Shown here piece by piece: positions 1-8,754 of a stretch of 64,000 bases of DNA; positions within the stretch are counted from its first letter, which is position 1; each line of letters begins with the position of its first letter. The notes below the pieces were generated by a model. It saw only the letters and a list, made by a program, of their open reading frames with translations. It was not told the origin of the DNA and did not search any database. This DNA is from Phenylobacterium sp. Its GTDB lineage: Bacteria > Pseudomonadota > Alphaproteobacteria > Caulobacterales > Caulobacteraceae. Both the position numbers and the translations under genes were made by a program. The stretch is taken from contig JAGOQB010000011.1 in NCBI GenBank assembly GCA_017991675.1, positions 1,236-65,235 of the forward strand, written 5' to 3'.

Positions 1-17
1 TCGGCCTGAACGCCCAT
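1..17 (-). CDS. 5' end of a gene running off the window edge (MGVQA...), possibly the CcrM DNA adenine methyltransferase
   Basis: ATG at 17 with GAGGTGAG RBS (complement of 21-28). Three GANTC sites lie in the leader, and ccrM neighbours rnhB in Caulobacter. Only 5 full codons are visible. Confidence 0.4.
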
Positions 18-36
18 AATCTCACCTCGATGTCCG

Positions 37-110
37 GAGTCAGAATCCTGAGTCCTCGTGGTGAACGCGGCTTTACCGAACGTGGTTAACGGCCGTTGAT
101 CTTGGTTAAC
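37..110 (-). promoter_or_regulatory. GANTC cluster plus CtrA-like TTAACC half-sites
   Basis: GAGTC 37-41, GAATC 43-47, GAGTC 50-54. TGGTTAAC occurs at 83-90 and 103-110. Confidence 0.55.
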
Positions 111-1158
111 CGGTCCACCGGGCCGAGGCGCCGTGGGCGTGAACGACCGCCAGGACCCGCTCCGCGCCGCCCGGCCACATCGTAAGCCGGACCTCCATGA
201 TCGCCATGTTCTCGGGCGGGGGCTCCATGCGCAGCCAGGCGAGCGGGGCGTCGTTCGTGGCGGAGGCGCCAAGATATTCAATGGCTTGGCGTAGCGCGAC
301 CTGGCTTTCGGCGGGCATGTATTGCCAAAATACCGAGTGGTAGATGACGCTCGCCGCGCCCGGGGAAGGAGCCGCCGAGCGCGCGGTCCACTCGACGGCG
401 TCGGCCGCCTCGACAGTGACCTCGTTGGCCAGCGCGACGTCGATCGCCGCGCGAATGCGCTGCAGCCGGTCGAACTGATCGGGCCAGACATAGGCCGCCA
501 GACGTCGGCGCTGGACGGGGTCCTTGAGGTTCACCGGGCGGCGGTCGCAGGCTTGGCGATGGATAACGTCGACCCGGGCGTCCAGCGGCGGCAAGTCGCC
601 GGACCAGTCGGAGGGCAGCAGCACCGGGCTCTCCGGGCCCCAGGGCGTTCCGGAGAGGTCGTAGCGATAGCGGTCCCAGGAAAGGTTGAGGCCGGCGCTG
701 GCGGCGATCTCGAAACAGCGCAGCGGCAGGCCGGTCTCGTGGGCCACGGTAAGGAAGCCGCCGAGCAGGGCGGCCGAGCGGCGGACCTCGTTGGTCTGCG
801 GCTCGTGGTCCATGAAGGCGGCGAGACGCTTGGCGTGGTCGGTCATGGCGCGGCGCACTTCGGGCCAGGCGGTGGCGGCGTCGAAGACCTTGCCAGGCTG
901 GGGATAGACGGCGGCGAGGGCGGGATACTCGCCGCTCAGCACCAGGTCGTGCAAGGCCCCGACCAGTCGCAGCGGGACGGCGGCGGCCATCAGCGCGCGG
1001 AGGTCCTGACCGGTCCAGGGGGCGAGCAGGGCCGCGGTCGGACCGCCGGCGTCCAGGTCGTCGGCGGCGAGGTCCAGCAGCCCGGCGTGGAACGGCGAGC
1101 CGAGCGCGAGACAGGCCTTGGCCTGCAGGCGGAGCGATGCGGAGAGGGCGCTGTCCAT
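106..1158 (-). CDS. DUF2332 family protein
   Basis: 350-aa ORF with PQTNEVRRS, EIAASAGLNL and YVWPDQ.R..R motifs. Confidence 0.8.
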   Translation of the reverse strand: MDSALSASLRLQAKACLALGSPFHAGLLDLAADDLDAGGPTAALLAPWTGQDLRALMAAAVPLRLVGALHDLVLSGEYPALAAVYPQPGKVFDAATAWPEVRRAMTDHAKRLAAFMDHEPQTNEVRRSAALLGGFLTVAHETGLPLRCFEIAASAGLNLSWDRYRYDLSGTPWGPESPVLLPSDWSGDLPPLDARVDVIHRQACDRRPVNLKDPVQRRRLAAYVWPDQFDRLQRIRAAIDVALANEVTVEAADAVEWTARSAAPSPGAASVIYHSVFWQYMPAESQVALRQAIEYLGASATNDAPLAWLRMEPPPENMAIMEVRLTMWPGGAERVLAVVHAHGASARWTG

Positions 1159-1208
1159 ATCCCCGCGATCGATCCGCAGGGGCGGGACGTCAAGATTGAT
1201 TCAATTGA

Positions 1209-1826
1209 TCAATCGGCGAGCTCGCCGCGCTCGATCAGGGCCAGGCGGATCGGCTCCCAGCCGCGGCGGTGGATCGGGCAGGGGCCGAGGGTCCGCAGCG
1301 CCTCGACATGGACCTGGGCGTGGTAGCCCTTGTGGCCGGCGAAGCCGTAGCCGGGATAGAGGCCGTCCATCTCGACCATCAGCCGGTCGCGGGCGGTCTT
1401 GGCCAGGATCGAGGCCGCGGCGATCGAGGCGCTGATCGAGTCGCCCTTGACCACGGTCTTGATTTCGCAGGGTAATTTGAACTTGTAGTTGCCGTCCACC
1501 AGGGCGAAGGCCGGGGCGATGGCCAGCGCCTCGACGGCGCGGCGCATGGCGAGGCCCGTGGCGTGCAGGATGTTCAGCTCGTCGATCTCGTCGACCGAGG
1601 CGAAGCCGACGCCCCAGGCCAGCGCACTCTGCTTGATCTCAAGTTCGAGGGCGTCGCGGGCCTTGGCGCTGAGCTTCTTTGAATCGTTGAGGCCTTCGGG
1701 CACCCGGTTCGGATCGAGGATCACCGCGCCGGCGCTGACCGGTCCGGCCCAGGGGCCGCGGCCGGCCTCGTCCACCCCGCAGACAGGGCCGATCGGACAG
1801 GCCAGTTCGAGCATCATGTCGGGCAT
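1209..1826 (-). CDS. rnhB: ribonuclease HII
   Basis: [23 protein letters not shown] and HKGY motifs. Confidence 0.97.
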   Translation of the reverse strand: MPDMMLELACPIGPVCGVDEAGRGPWAGPVSAGAVILDPNRVPEGLNDSKKLSAKARDALELEIKQSALAWGVGFASVDEIDELNILHATGLAMRRAVEALAIAPAFALVDGNYKFKLPCEIKTVVKGDSISASIAAASILAKTARDRLMVEMDGLYPGYGFAGHKGYHAQVHVEALRTLGPCPIHRRGWEPIRLALIERGELAD

Positions 1827-1827
1827 A

Positions 1828-2418
1828 CTAACGCACCAGCAGTTTGACTTGTTCGTGGCGGTGGCAGCAGGTCAGGTGGTCGTTGACGATGCCGGTGGCC
1901 TGCATGAAGGCGTAGACGATCACCGGGCCGACGAACTTGAAACCCTTGGCTTTCAAGGCCTTGGCCATCTCCTCGGCGACGCGGGTCTGGGCCGGCACCT
2001 GGCCGATCTCGGACCATTTGTTCTGGACCACCCGGCCGTTGGTGAAGCTCCAGATGAACTGGCTGAAGTCCTCGCCCTGCTCGCGCATGTCGAGATAGAT
2101 CCGCGCGCCGGAGATGGCCGCGTCGATCTTGGCGTTCGAGCGGACGATGCCGGGATTGGCCATCAGGGCGGCGCGCTCGGCCTCGCCGAAGCGGGCGACG
2201 ACGTCGGGATCGAAGCCGGCGAAGGCCTCGCGGAAGGCGTCGCGCTTTCGCAGGATGGTGATCCAGGCGAGCCCGGCCTGGAAGCCGTCGAGCACCAGCT
2301 TTTCCCAGAGGGCGCGGGAATCGTACTCCGGCACGCCCCACTCGGTGTCGTGATAGGCCTCGTAGAGCGGGTCGCCGGCCATGCCGCGCCAGCCGCATCG
2401 AATCAGGTCGCCGGTCAT
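1828..2418 (-). CDS. tag: DNA-3-methyladenine glycosylase I
   Basis: [28 protein letters not shown] and NDHLTCC (Zn ligands). Confidence 0.95.
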   Translation of the reverse strand: MTGDLIRCGWRGMAGDPLYEAYHDTEWGVPEYDSRALWEKLVLDGFQAGLAWITILRKRDAFREAFAGFDPDVVARFGEAERAALMANPGIVRSNAKIDAAISGARIYLDMREQGEDFSQFIWSFTNGRVVQNKWSEIGQVPAQTRVAEEMAKALKAKGFKFVGPVIVYAFMQATGIVNDHLTCCHRHEQVKLLVR

Positions 2419-2688
2419 GGGGCGCAGTCTTGGCTTTCGGCAGGGAGGGCTTCAAGCGCCGCCGATAGCAGCCCTATCGGCAGGTTTCGCCGCCGACCTT
2501 GCAGCAAGCCGCCGCTAGCTGCGCCAGGGCGCGGTTTGTCGCGGGCGTTTCAATGTCTATCGGCGCCTATCGGCGCGCGGCAGGTATTTGTCGGTCCTGA
2601 CGAATGGCCGCAACACGAGCGACGGAAACTCCCTCATCCCCCGTTCAGGAGGATAGGGGCAGTTAGTCGCACGCCTCGATCCTCCCCA

Positions 2689-5217
2689 ATGACTGGAACG
2701 TACCTCGTGAGTGCATCGCCTTCTCCACGCCGTATCGCCGTCCGCCTGATGTGCGGGGTTGCGGCGGCCACGCTCTGCGCCGGAACTGCCCTGGCCCAGA
2801 CCAGCCAGCATGACGGCGAGACCGAGGTCGAGGAACTGGTGGTCGTCGCTGGCAGCGGCAACATGCCGGGCTCGGCGATCGGCGACATCACCCCGGAGCT
2901 GTCGATCTCGCCGCGCGAGATCCGGGCCTATGGCGCGGCCAGCGTCACCGAGCTGCTCGACGCGCTGTCGCCGCAGCTGACCAGCGGCCAGGGTTCGGGC
3001 GGACGGCCGGTGGTGCTGATCAACGGCGGGCGGGTCACCGGCTTCGCCGAGATCCGCGACCTGCCGACCGAGGCGATCGCGCGGGTCGACATCCTGCCCG
3101 AAGAGGTGTCGCTGAAGTACGGCTATCCGGCCGACCAGAAGGTCGTGAACTTCGTGCTGCGCCAGCGCTTCAAGGCGACGCTCGCCGAGGCGTCGGGTTC
3201 GACCCCGACCCAGGACGGCGGCGGCCAGAGCGCCATGGCGCACGGTTCGGTGCTGAACATCCTGCGCGGCCAGCGGCTGCTGCTGGACGCGCGGCTGACC
3301 GACACCCAGCCGATCTACGAGGGCGACCGCGACATCGAAGGCGGCGAGGGCGACCTGCGCACGCTTACCTCGGACACCACCGCCCTGTCGCTGAACGGGG
3401 TCTATGCGCGGCCGCTGGGCGAGGGCGTCAACGGCACCATCAACGCCGGGCTCGACTTCACCGACAGCCAGGGCAAGCTCGGCCTGTCGCCGTTCTCGGA
3501 CGACGCGCTGCTGCGCCGCTCGGAGACCACGTCGGGGCGGCTCGCAGCCGCCGCGGCCGGCGCCTATGGCGGCTGGCAGTGGTCGTACACCGGCGAGTTG
3601 ACCCAGGACGTCGCCAAGTCCTCGACCGACCGCGACTTCAGCGGCGTGCCCTATACCGACCGCACCAAGAGCACGACCACCACGGCGCAGTCCGACATCG
3701 TGCTGAACCGCGCGCTCTGGGAGCTGCCGGCCGGCAAGGTCAGCACGACCCTGACCGCGCGGGCCTCGGCCACCCAGTTCGAGAGCGAGGCTGACCGCTT
3801 GGGGGTGTCTGCGTCCAACACCCTGGACCGCAACATCGGCCAGCTGCAGGCCAATGTCGACGTGCCGCTGATGCGCGCCGGCGAAGGGCTGGGCGAGCAC
3901 CTGGGCAAGCTGTCGGCCAATGTGAACCTCGGCTACCAGAACCTGTCGGATTTCGGCGACCTGCAGACGCTCGGCGGCGGCCTCAACTGGACCCCGATCA
4001 AGCCGCTGCGGGTGCTGGCCTCGTTCACGCGCAGCGACCAGGCCCCGACCATGAACCAGCTGGGCGACCCGCTGACTTCGACGCCGGGCGTGCGGGTGTT
4101 CGACTTCCAGACCGGCCAGACCGTCGAGGTGACCCGCGTCAGCGGCGGCCTCTCGACCCTGGACGCCAGCCAGCGCGACACCTTCAAGCTGGGCGTCACC
4201 TACAAGCCCTGGGACAAGGTCAACCTGAACTTCCAGGCCAACTACGTCTCGACCCGCACCGACGACGCGATCGCCGCCTTCCCGTCGGCCTCGACCCAGA
4301 TCGAGGCGGCCTTCCCCGACCGCTTCGTGCGCAACGGCGCCGGCGAGCTGACCCTGATCGACGCGCGGCCAGTGAACTTCGCGCGGCAGTCGCGCGACGA
4401 GCTGCGCTACGGCTTCACCTATTCGCGCCCGGTCGGCCCGCAGCCGACGCCCGAGCAGATCGCGGCCATGCGCCAGCGGTTCCAGGCCGAGCGGCAGGCC
4501 CAGCAGGCTCAGGGGCAGCAAGGTCAGGGCCAGCAAACCCAAGGCCAGCAGACTCAGGGCCAGCAGACGCAGGGCCAGCGCCAGGGGGAAGGCCCGCCGG
4601 ACGGTCCGCCGCCTGGAGAGGGACCGCCGCCCGGAGGCGGCCCGGTCTTCCTCAATCCTGGCGGTGGGGGGGCTGGCGGCGGGGGGCCGGGCGGCGGCGG
4701 TCCGCGGATGGGCGGCTTCGGCCCCGGCGGACCGCGCAGCGGCGTGTTCCAGGTCGGGCTCTATCATACCGTGGCGTTCAAGGACGAAGTGGAGATCCGG
4801 ACGGGCGTGCCGACCCTCGATCTGCTGGACGGCGGGGCGCTGGGCTCGGGCGGCGGCTCGCCGCGCCACCAGGTCGACCTGCAGGCCAACTACACGCGCA
4901 GCGGGCTGGGCGTCGCGGCGAACGCCAAGTGGCGGAGCGCGACCAAGGTGGTCGGCCTGACCGCGGCGGACGACCTGGAGTTCTCGGACCTGACGACCGT
5001 GAACCTGCGGCTGTTCGCGGACCTCGGCCTGCAGCCGATCGCCCGCGAGCAGAAGTGGCTGCGCGGCATGCGCGCCACCCTGTCGGTCGACAACCTGTTC
5101 GACGCCCGCCAGGACGTGAAGACCCCGCAGGGGACCACGCCGATCAGCTATCAGCCGGACCTGATGGACCCGGTCGGCCGCTCGGTGAAGTTCACGGTGC
5201 GCAAGCTGTTCTTCTGA
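2689..5217 (+). CDS. TonB-dependent receptor-like outer membrane protein with a Q/G/P-rich insertion (start uncertain: 2689, 2707 or 2749)
   Basis: Signal peptide ...AGTALAQ, TonB-box-like VEELVV, plug motif VLING...IARVDIL, C-terminal Phe. The ORF track's 1489 start is an antisense extension. Confidence 0.8.
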   Translation: MTGTYLVSASPSPRRIAVRLMCGVAAATLCAGTALAQTSQHDGETEVEELVVVAGSGNMPGSAIGDITPELSISPREIRAYGAASVTELLDALSPQLTSGQGSGGRPVVLINGGRVTGFAEIRDLPTEAIARVDILPEEVSLKYGYPADQKVVNFVLRQRFKATLAEASGSTPTQDGGGQSAMAHGSVLNILRGQRLLLDARLTDTQPIYEGDRDIEGGEGDLRTLTSDTTALSLNGVYARPLGEGVNGTINAGLDFTDSQGKLGLSPFSDDALLRRSETTSGRLAAAAAGAYGGWQWSYTGELTQDVAKSSTDRDFSGVPYTDRTKSTTTTAQSDIVLNRALWELPAGKVSTTLTARASATQFESEADRLGVSASNTLDRNIGQLQANVDVPLMRAGEGLGEHLGKLSANVNLGYQNLSDFGDLQTLGGGLNWTPIKPLRVLASFTRSDQAPTMNQLGDPLTSTPGVRVFDFQTGQTVEVTRVSGGLSTLDASQRDTFKLGVTYKPWDKVNLNFQANYVSTRTDDAIAAFPSASTQIEAAFPDRFVRNGAGELTLIDARPVNFARQSRDELRYGFTYSRPVGPQPTPEQIAAMRQRFQAERQAQQAQGQQGQGQQTQGQQTQGQQTQGQRQGEGPPDGPPPGEGPPPGGGPVFLNPGGGGAGGGGPGGGGPRMGGFGPGGPRSGVFQVGLYHTVAFKDEVEIRTGVPTLDLLDGGALGSGGGSPRHQVDLQANYTRSGLGVAANAKWRSATKVVGLTAADDLEFSDLTTVNLRLFADLGLQPIAREQKWLRGMRATLSVDNLFDARQDVKTPQGTTPISYQPDLMDPVGRSVKFTVRKLFF
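4501..4587 (+). repeat. 15-bp coding tandem repeat encoding (QQxQG)x5 plus QRQG
   Basis: cagcaggctcagggg cagcaaggtcagggc cagcaaacccaaggc cagcagactcagggc cagcagacgcagggc. Confidence 0.9.
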
Positions 5218-5235
5218 TCGGGCGCGCCTTTCCGC

Positions 5236-5380
5236 CCCCCTCCCCTTGCGGGAGAAGGTGGACGCCGTAGGCGGCCGGATGAGGGGACTGCGTTTGGACC
5301 GGGCGCGGCGGGATCGGAGAGGGCGTTTCCCCCTCATCCGACCCGCTTCGCGGGCCACCTTCTCCCGCGAGGGGAGAAGG
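5236..5380. repeat. family C intergenic palindromic element (two inverted arms)
   Basis: CCCCTTGCGGGAGAAGGTGG..CGGATGAGGGG and CCCCTCATCCG..CCACCTTCTCCCGCGAGGGG form inverted arms. Confidence 0.8.
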
Positions 5381-5451
5381 AGCCCGTGTCCTCCCGCTAC
5401 GCAGGCGGGCAAAAGTCGGTCATGGTGCGGCCCCAGCAAGGGAGACCGCCC

Positions 5452-5982
5452 ATGGCCAGGCTCGTCTTTGGCATGAACCAGTCGCTGGACGGCTATGTCG
5501 ACCACATGCGCTTCGCGCCCGATCCGGCGCTGTTCCAGCACTTCGTCGAGCAGGCGCGCGAGCAGACCGGCGCGATCTACGGGCGCGGGCTCTATGATCT
5601 GATGCGCTATTGGGACGATGACGACGCGGGCTGGAGCGCGGCCGAGCGCGACTTCGCGCAGGCCTGGCGGGCGCAGCACAAGTGGGTGGTGTCGCGCTCG
5701 CTGACGACCGTCGGGCCGAACGCCACCCTGGTCGGCGAAGACTTCGAGGCGGTGCTGCGCAAGGTGAAGGCCGAGCAGCCGGGCGAGATCGAGGTCGGCG
5801 GCCCGGTGCTGGCCAAGAGCCTGGGCGAGCTCGGGCTGATCGACGCCTATCGGATCTATCTGCATCCCGTCGTGCTGGGCGACGGCAGTCCCTACTTCGT
5901 CGGCCCGCGGCCGCGACTGCGGCTGGCAGCGCATGAGCGGATCGGCCCGGACGCGATCCGGCTGACCTACGTGCCGGCGTGA
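5452..5982 (+). CDS. dihydrofolate reductase/RibD C-terminal domain protein
   Basis: SLDGYVD, YGRGLYDLM.YW, GG..LA and HPVVLGDG motifs. GGAG RBS before ATG 5452. Confidence 0.85.
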   Translation: MARLVFGMNQSLDGYVDHMRFAPDPALFQHFVEQAREQTGAIYGRGLYDLMRYWDDDDAGWSAAERDFAQAWRAQHKWVVSRSLTTVGPNATLVGEDFEAVLRKVKAEQPGEIEVGGPVLAKSLGELGLIDAYRIYLHPVVLGDGSPYFVGPRPRLRLAAHERIGPDAIRLTYVPA

Positions 5983-5992
5983 ACAGCTAAGC

Positions 5993-6133
5993 TGTCATCC
6001 CGGTTTCGGCGCAGCCGAATACAGGGACCCATTCGCGCCGCACCGGGGGGAATGGGGCGAGGGCGAGCCGATGCTTGTTGGCCCAGTGTTCATGGGTCCC
6101 GGTCTTTGGCCTGCGGCCAAAACCGGGATGACG
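5993..6133 (+). repeat. family A REP doublet (GTCATCCCGG...CCGGGATGAC), copy 1
   Basis: Left arm ends CCATTCGCGCC and right arm starts GTTCATGGGTCCCGG. Homologous to 17950, 27519 and 39662. Confidence 0.9.
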
Positions 6134-6155
6134 GCTTAGCTTTGCAGGGGAGGAA

Positions 6156-7031
6156 ATGATGGCCTTCGAAGGCTTCAAGCTCGAGCGGATGAGCACCGGC
6201 GAGGCGGTGCTGCGGTTTCGGATCGGCGGCTCGGGGCCGCCGCTGCTGCTGCTGCACGGCTATCCGCAGACCCACATGATGTGGGGCCAGATCGCCGGCG
6301 AGCTGGCCAAGGACTTCACGGTGGTGGCCCCGGACCTGCGTGGCTACGGCGGCAGCTCGGGGCCGCCGACGACGCCGGACCACGAGCCCTATTCGAAGCG
6401 GGCGATGGCGCGCGACGTGGTGGCGCTGATGAAGCTCCTGGGGTTCGCGCGGTTCGACGTGGTCGGCCACGACCGCGGCGGGCGCACCGCCTATCGGCTG
6501 GCGCTGGATACGCCGCAGGCGGTCGGCAAGCTGAGCATCCTCGACATCATTCCGACCGCCGACGTCTGGCGGCTGGCCGATAGGCGGTTCGCGTTGGGCT
6601 ACTGGCACTGGAGCTTCCTGGCCCAGGCCCATCCGTTCCCCGAGCACTTCATCGCCGCCGACCCGGTGCATTTCGCCTTCCGCATCGCCCAGGGCGCGAC
6701 CTATTTCGAGCCGGCCGCCTATGCCGACTATGTCGCCGCCCTGGCCGACCCGGCGGTGATCCATGCGATGTGCGAGGACTACCGGGCGGGGGCGACCTAC
6801 GACGTGAAGGCCGACGAGGCCGACCGCGGGGTCAAGAAGATCGCCGCCCCGACCCAGGTGCTGTGGGGCGCCAAGGGAGCGGTGGGCCACTGGTACGACG
6901 TGCTGGAGGTCTGGCGGCCCTGGTGCGAGGACCTGCGCGGCCAGGCGATCGAGGGAGCCGGGCACTTCCTGGCCGAGGAGAAACCTGCCGAGACGCTGGC
7001 GGCGCTGAGGGGGTTTTTGCTTGGCGGGTGA
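6156..7031 (+). CDS. alpha/beta hydrolase, haloacetate (fluoroacetate) dehalogenase-like
   Basis: HGYPQT, GHDRGGR, YWHW, CEDYRA and GHF motifs. Confidence 0.8.
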   Translation: MMAFEGFKLERMSTGEAVLRFRIGGSGPPLLLLHGYPQTHMMWGQIAGELAKDFTVVAPDLRGYGGSSGPPTTPDHEPYSKRAMARDVVALMKLLGFARFDVVGHDRGGRTAYRLALDTPQAVGKLSILDIIPTADVWRLADRRFALGYWHWSFLAQAHPFPEHFIAADPVHFAFRIAQGATYFEPAAYADYVAALADPAVIHAMCEDYRAGATYDVKADEADRGVKKIAAPTQVLWGAKGAVGHWYDVLEVWRPWCEDLRGQAIEGAGHFLAEEKPAETLAALRGFLLGG

Positions 7032-7141
7032 AGTGCGCGAGAGGCTGGTCTTGATCGCGGCCTGATCGTGCTGGTGGCGGGGGCGGTGTTGTCGGCGTCG
7101 GTCAGCGTGGCGCCGGGGCAAGCTAGGGTCCTGCGTCGACG

Positions 7142-7170
7142 AAAAAGGGCGCCGGGAGCCGGCGCCCTTT
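7142..7170 (-). terminator. intrinsic terminator, possibly bidirectional
   Basis: AAAAAGGGCGCCGG-GAG-CCGGCGCCCTTT hairpin downstream of the PEP-CTERM gene. Confidence 0.75.
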
Positions 7171-7193
7171 GCATGCGGCGGCAGGCGGAGACG

Positions 7194-7706
7194 TCAGGCG
7201 GCGAGCACCGTTGGCCTGCGCCGCCGAACGGCGGCGCCGACGATGCCGAAGCCGGCGATCATCATCGCCCAGGTCGCCGGCTCGGGGATGGCGCTCGTCG
7301 GGGAGAAGGTGGCTAAGGTGTAACCTTCGTCCGACCAGGGGAATCCGTTTGGAACCCCATAGGCGTCGGCAGCTAGCCATCCTCCCGCGATTTCAACGTA
7401 GAAGCCCCTTTCATCGAAGGAATGGGGAACCAGCACGCCCGCGAATTCCTCGTACGGGAAGAACGCCTGGAACTCGGAGCTGGCGAGGATGGCGGCAAGC
7501 GCCTCGACGGCTTGCTCGCGAGTGGTGAAGGTCAGGTTCCCGTCGAAGGCGTCGCCGGTGAACGTGACGTCGTACTTCGCGCCGCCAATCGAAAGGTTGT
7601 GCAGGGTGACGCCGTCCAGAAGCGTGGCTGCGTTCGCCGAGGTTGAGGCGAACGCCAACATCATTGAGGCGAAGGCTCCCGCGACCGTCGACTTCAATTT
7701 GAGCAT
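7194..7706 (-). CDS. PEPxxWA-CTERM sorting domain surface protein
   Basis: Signal peptide, then C-terminal IPEPATWAMMIAGFGIVGAAVRRRR. Confidence 0.92.
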   Translation of the reverse strand: MLKLKSTVAGAFASMMLAFASTSANAATLLDGVTLHNLSIGGAKYDVTFTGDAFDGNLTFTTREQAVEALAAILASSEFQAFFPYEEFAGVLVPHSFDERGFYVEIAGGWLAADAYGVPNGFPWSDEGYTLATFSPTSAIPEPATWAMMIAGFGIVGAAVRRRRPTVLAA

Positions 7707-7892
7707 AGGTTTCCCCCTGTTGGGCCGCGCTCGGCGCGAGCGGCCGTGTCCCTGCCCACGTCAGTGGACCAGCGTTGGCCAGAGCCGAACTGCGAAAAGA
7801 CTCGGGGCGTCTCAGCGGAACCGTCGATTCCCGCGATCTGTCTCATTCCGCGGAAAATAGTTGGCCGGACGATCGTCGGCTGAGCCGGGGAA

Positions 7893-8693
7893 TTAGTCGG
7901 CCTCAAGCCAGTCCGGTCTTTCCGCGCGGGCTGCGCGACCGTCGGCGGTGAGGGGGCCGTCGAGGCGGTCGAGGCGGACGAGGGCGATGGCGCGGGTTCC
8001 CTGGCTGGAGAGGACCTCGCCGGCGCGGCGTTCGCCGTCGAGCAGGAGTTCGGCGCCGGCGGCGGGGGGCGGTCCGTCGAAGGCCAGGGGCAGCATGCGG
8101 TTCTTGATCTGGCCGCGGCGCTTCATGCGCGAGGTGGTCTCCTGGCCGATGAAGCAGCCCTTGTGGAAGTCGATGCCGTGCAGCAGGTCGAAATTGGCCT
8201 CGATCGGATAGGTCTGCTCGACGCCCCAGTCGGCGGGGCCGGGCACGCCGAGCGCCAGGCGGTGGGCGTCATAGGCGGCTTCGTCGGCGGTCGGCGCGGC
8301 CTCCAGGCCGTAGCCGCGCCAGCCGAGCGCGGCCAGCCGCGGGTCGGGCGCCCAGCCGGGACCGGGGTCGGCGCCCCAGGCGGCGAGCACCGGGGTCTCG
8401 TCGGCGGCGATCGTGACCTTGGCCCGCAGGCGGTACATGGTCAGCCGCAGGATCAGGGCCTCGCGGCTGGTCCGTTCGACGTCGAGGAAGGCGCCGTCAT
8501 CCCGTCCGACCACGAACAGATCGAACAAAAGCCGTCCCTGGGGGTTCAGGAGAGCGCCGAACCGAACCTCGCCCGGCGCGAGGGTCTCGACGTCCTGGGT
8601 GATGAGGCCGTGCAGGAAACTGCGCCAATCCTCGCCCGCGACGGCGATCAGGGCTCGGCTGGAGAGGGCTGCGATCGGGGGCTGCGTCGACAT
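7893..8693 (-). CDS. ygfZ: folate-binding Fe-S cluster repair protein, YgfZ/GcvT family
   Basis: KGCFIGQE signature. Confidence 0.92.
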   Translation of the reverse strand: MSTQPPIAALSSRALIAVAGEDWRSFLHGLITQDVETLAPGEVRFGALLNPQGRLLFDLFVVGRDDGAFLDVERTSREALILRLTMYRLRAKVTIAADETPVLAAWGADPGPGWAPDPRLAALGWRGYGLEAAPTADEAAYDAHRLALGVPGPADWGVEQTYPIEANFDLLHGIDFHKGCFIGQETTSRMKRRGQIKNRMLPLAFDGPPPAAGAELLLDGERRAGEVLSSQGTRAIALVRLDRLDGPLTADGRAARAERPDWLEAD

Positions 8694-8754
8694 GGAACAG
8701 GAGTTAAGGGCTGGGCGGGTGGAGCGCCAGCGTCAGGAGCCCTATAGAAGGACG

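Noticed and set aside
1489-2688. N-terminal 400 aa of the 1242-aa ORF
   Set aside because: It is antisense to rnhB and tag. The receptor's signal peptide begins after 2689, so this is stop-codon scarcity in GC-rich DNA.
2557-5934. 1125-aa minus-strand ORF
   Set aside because: Shadow frame of the TonB receptor and DHFR-like genes, Arg/Ala-rich with no motifs.
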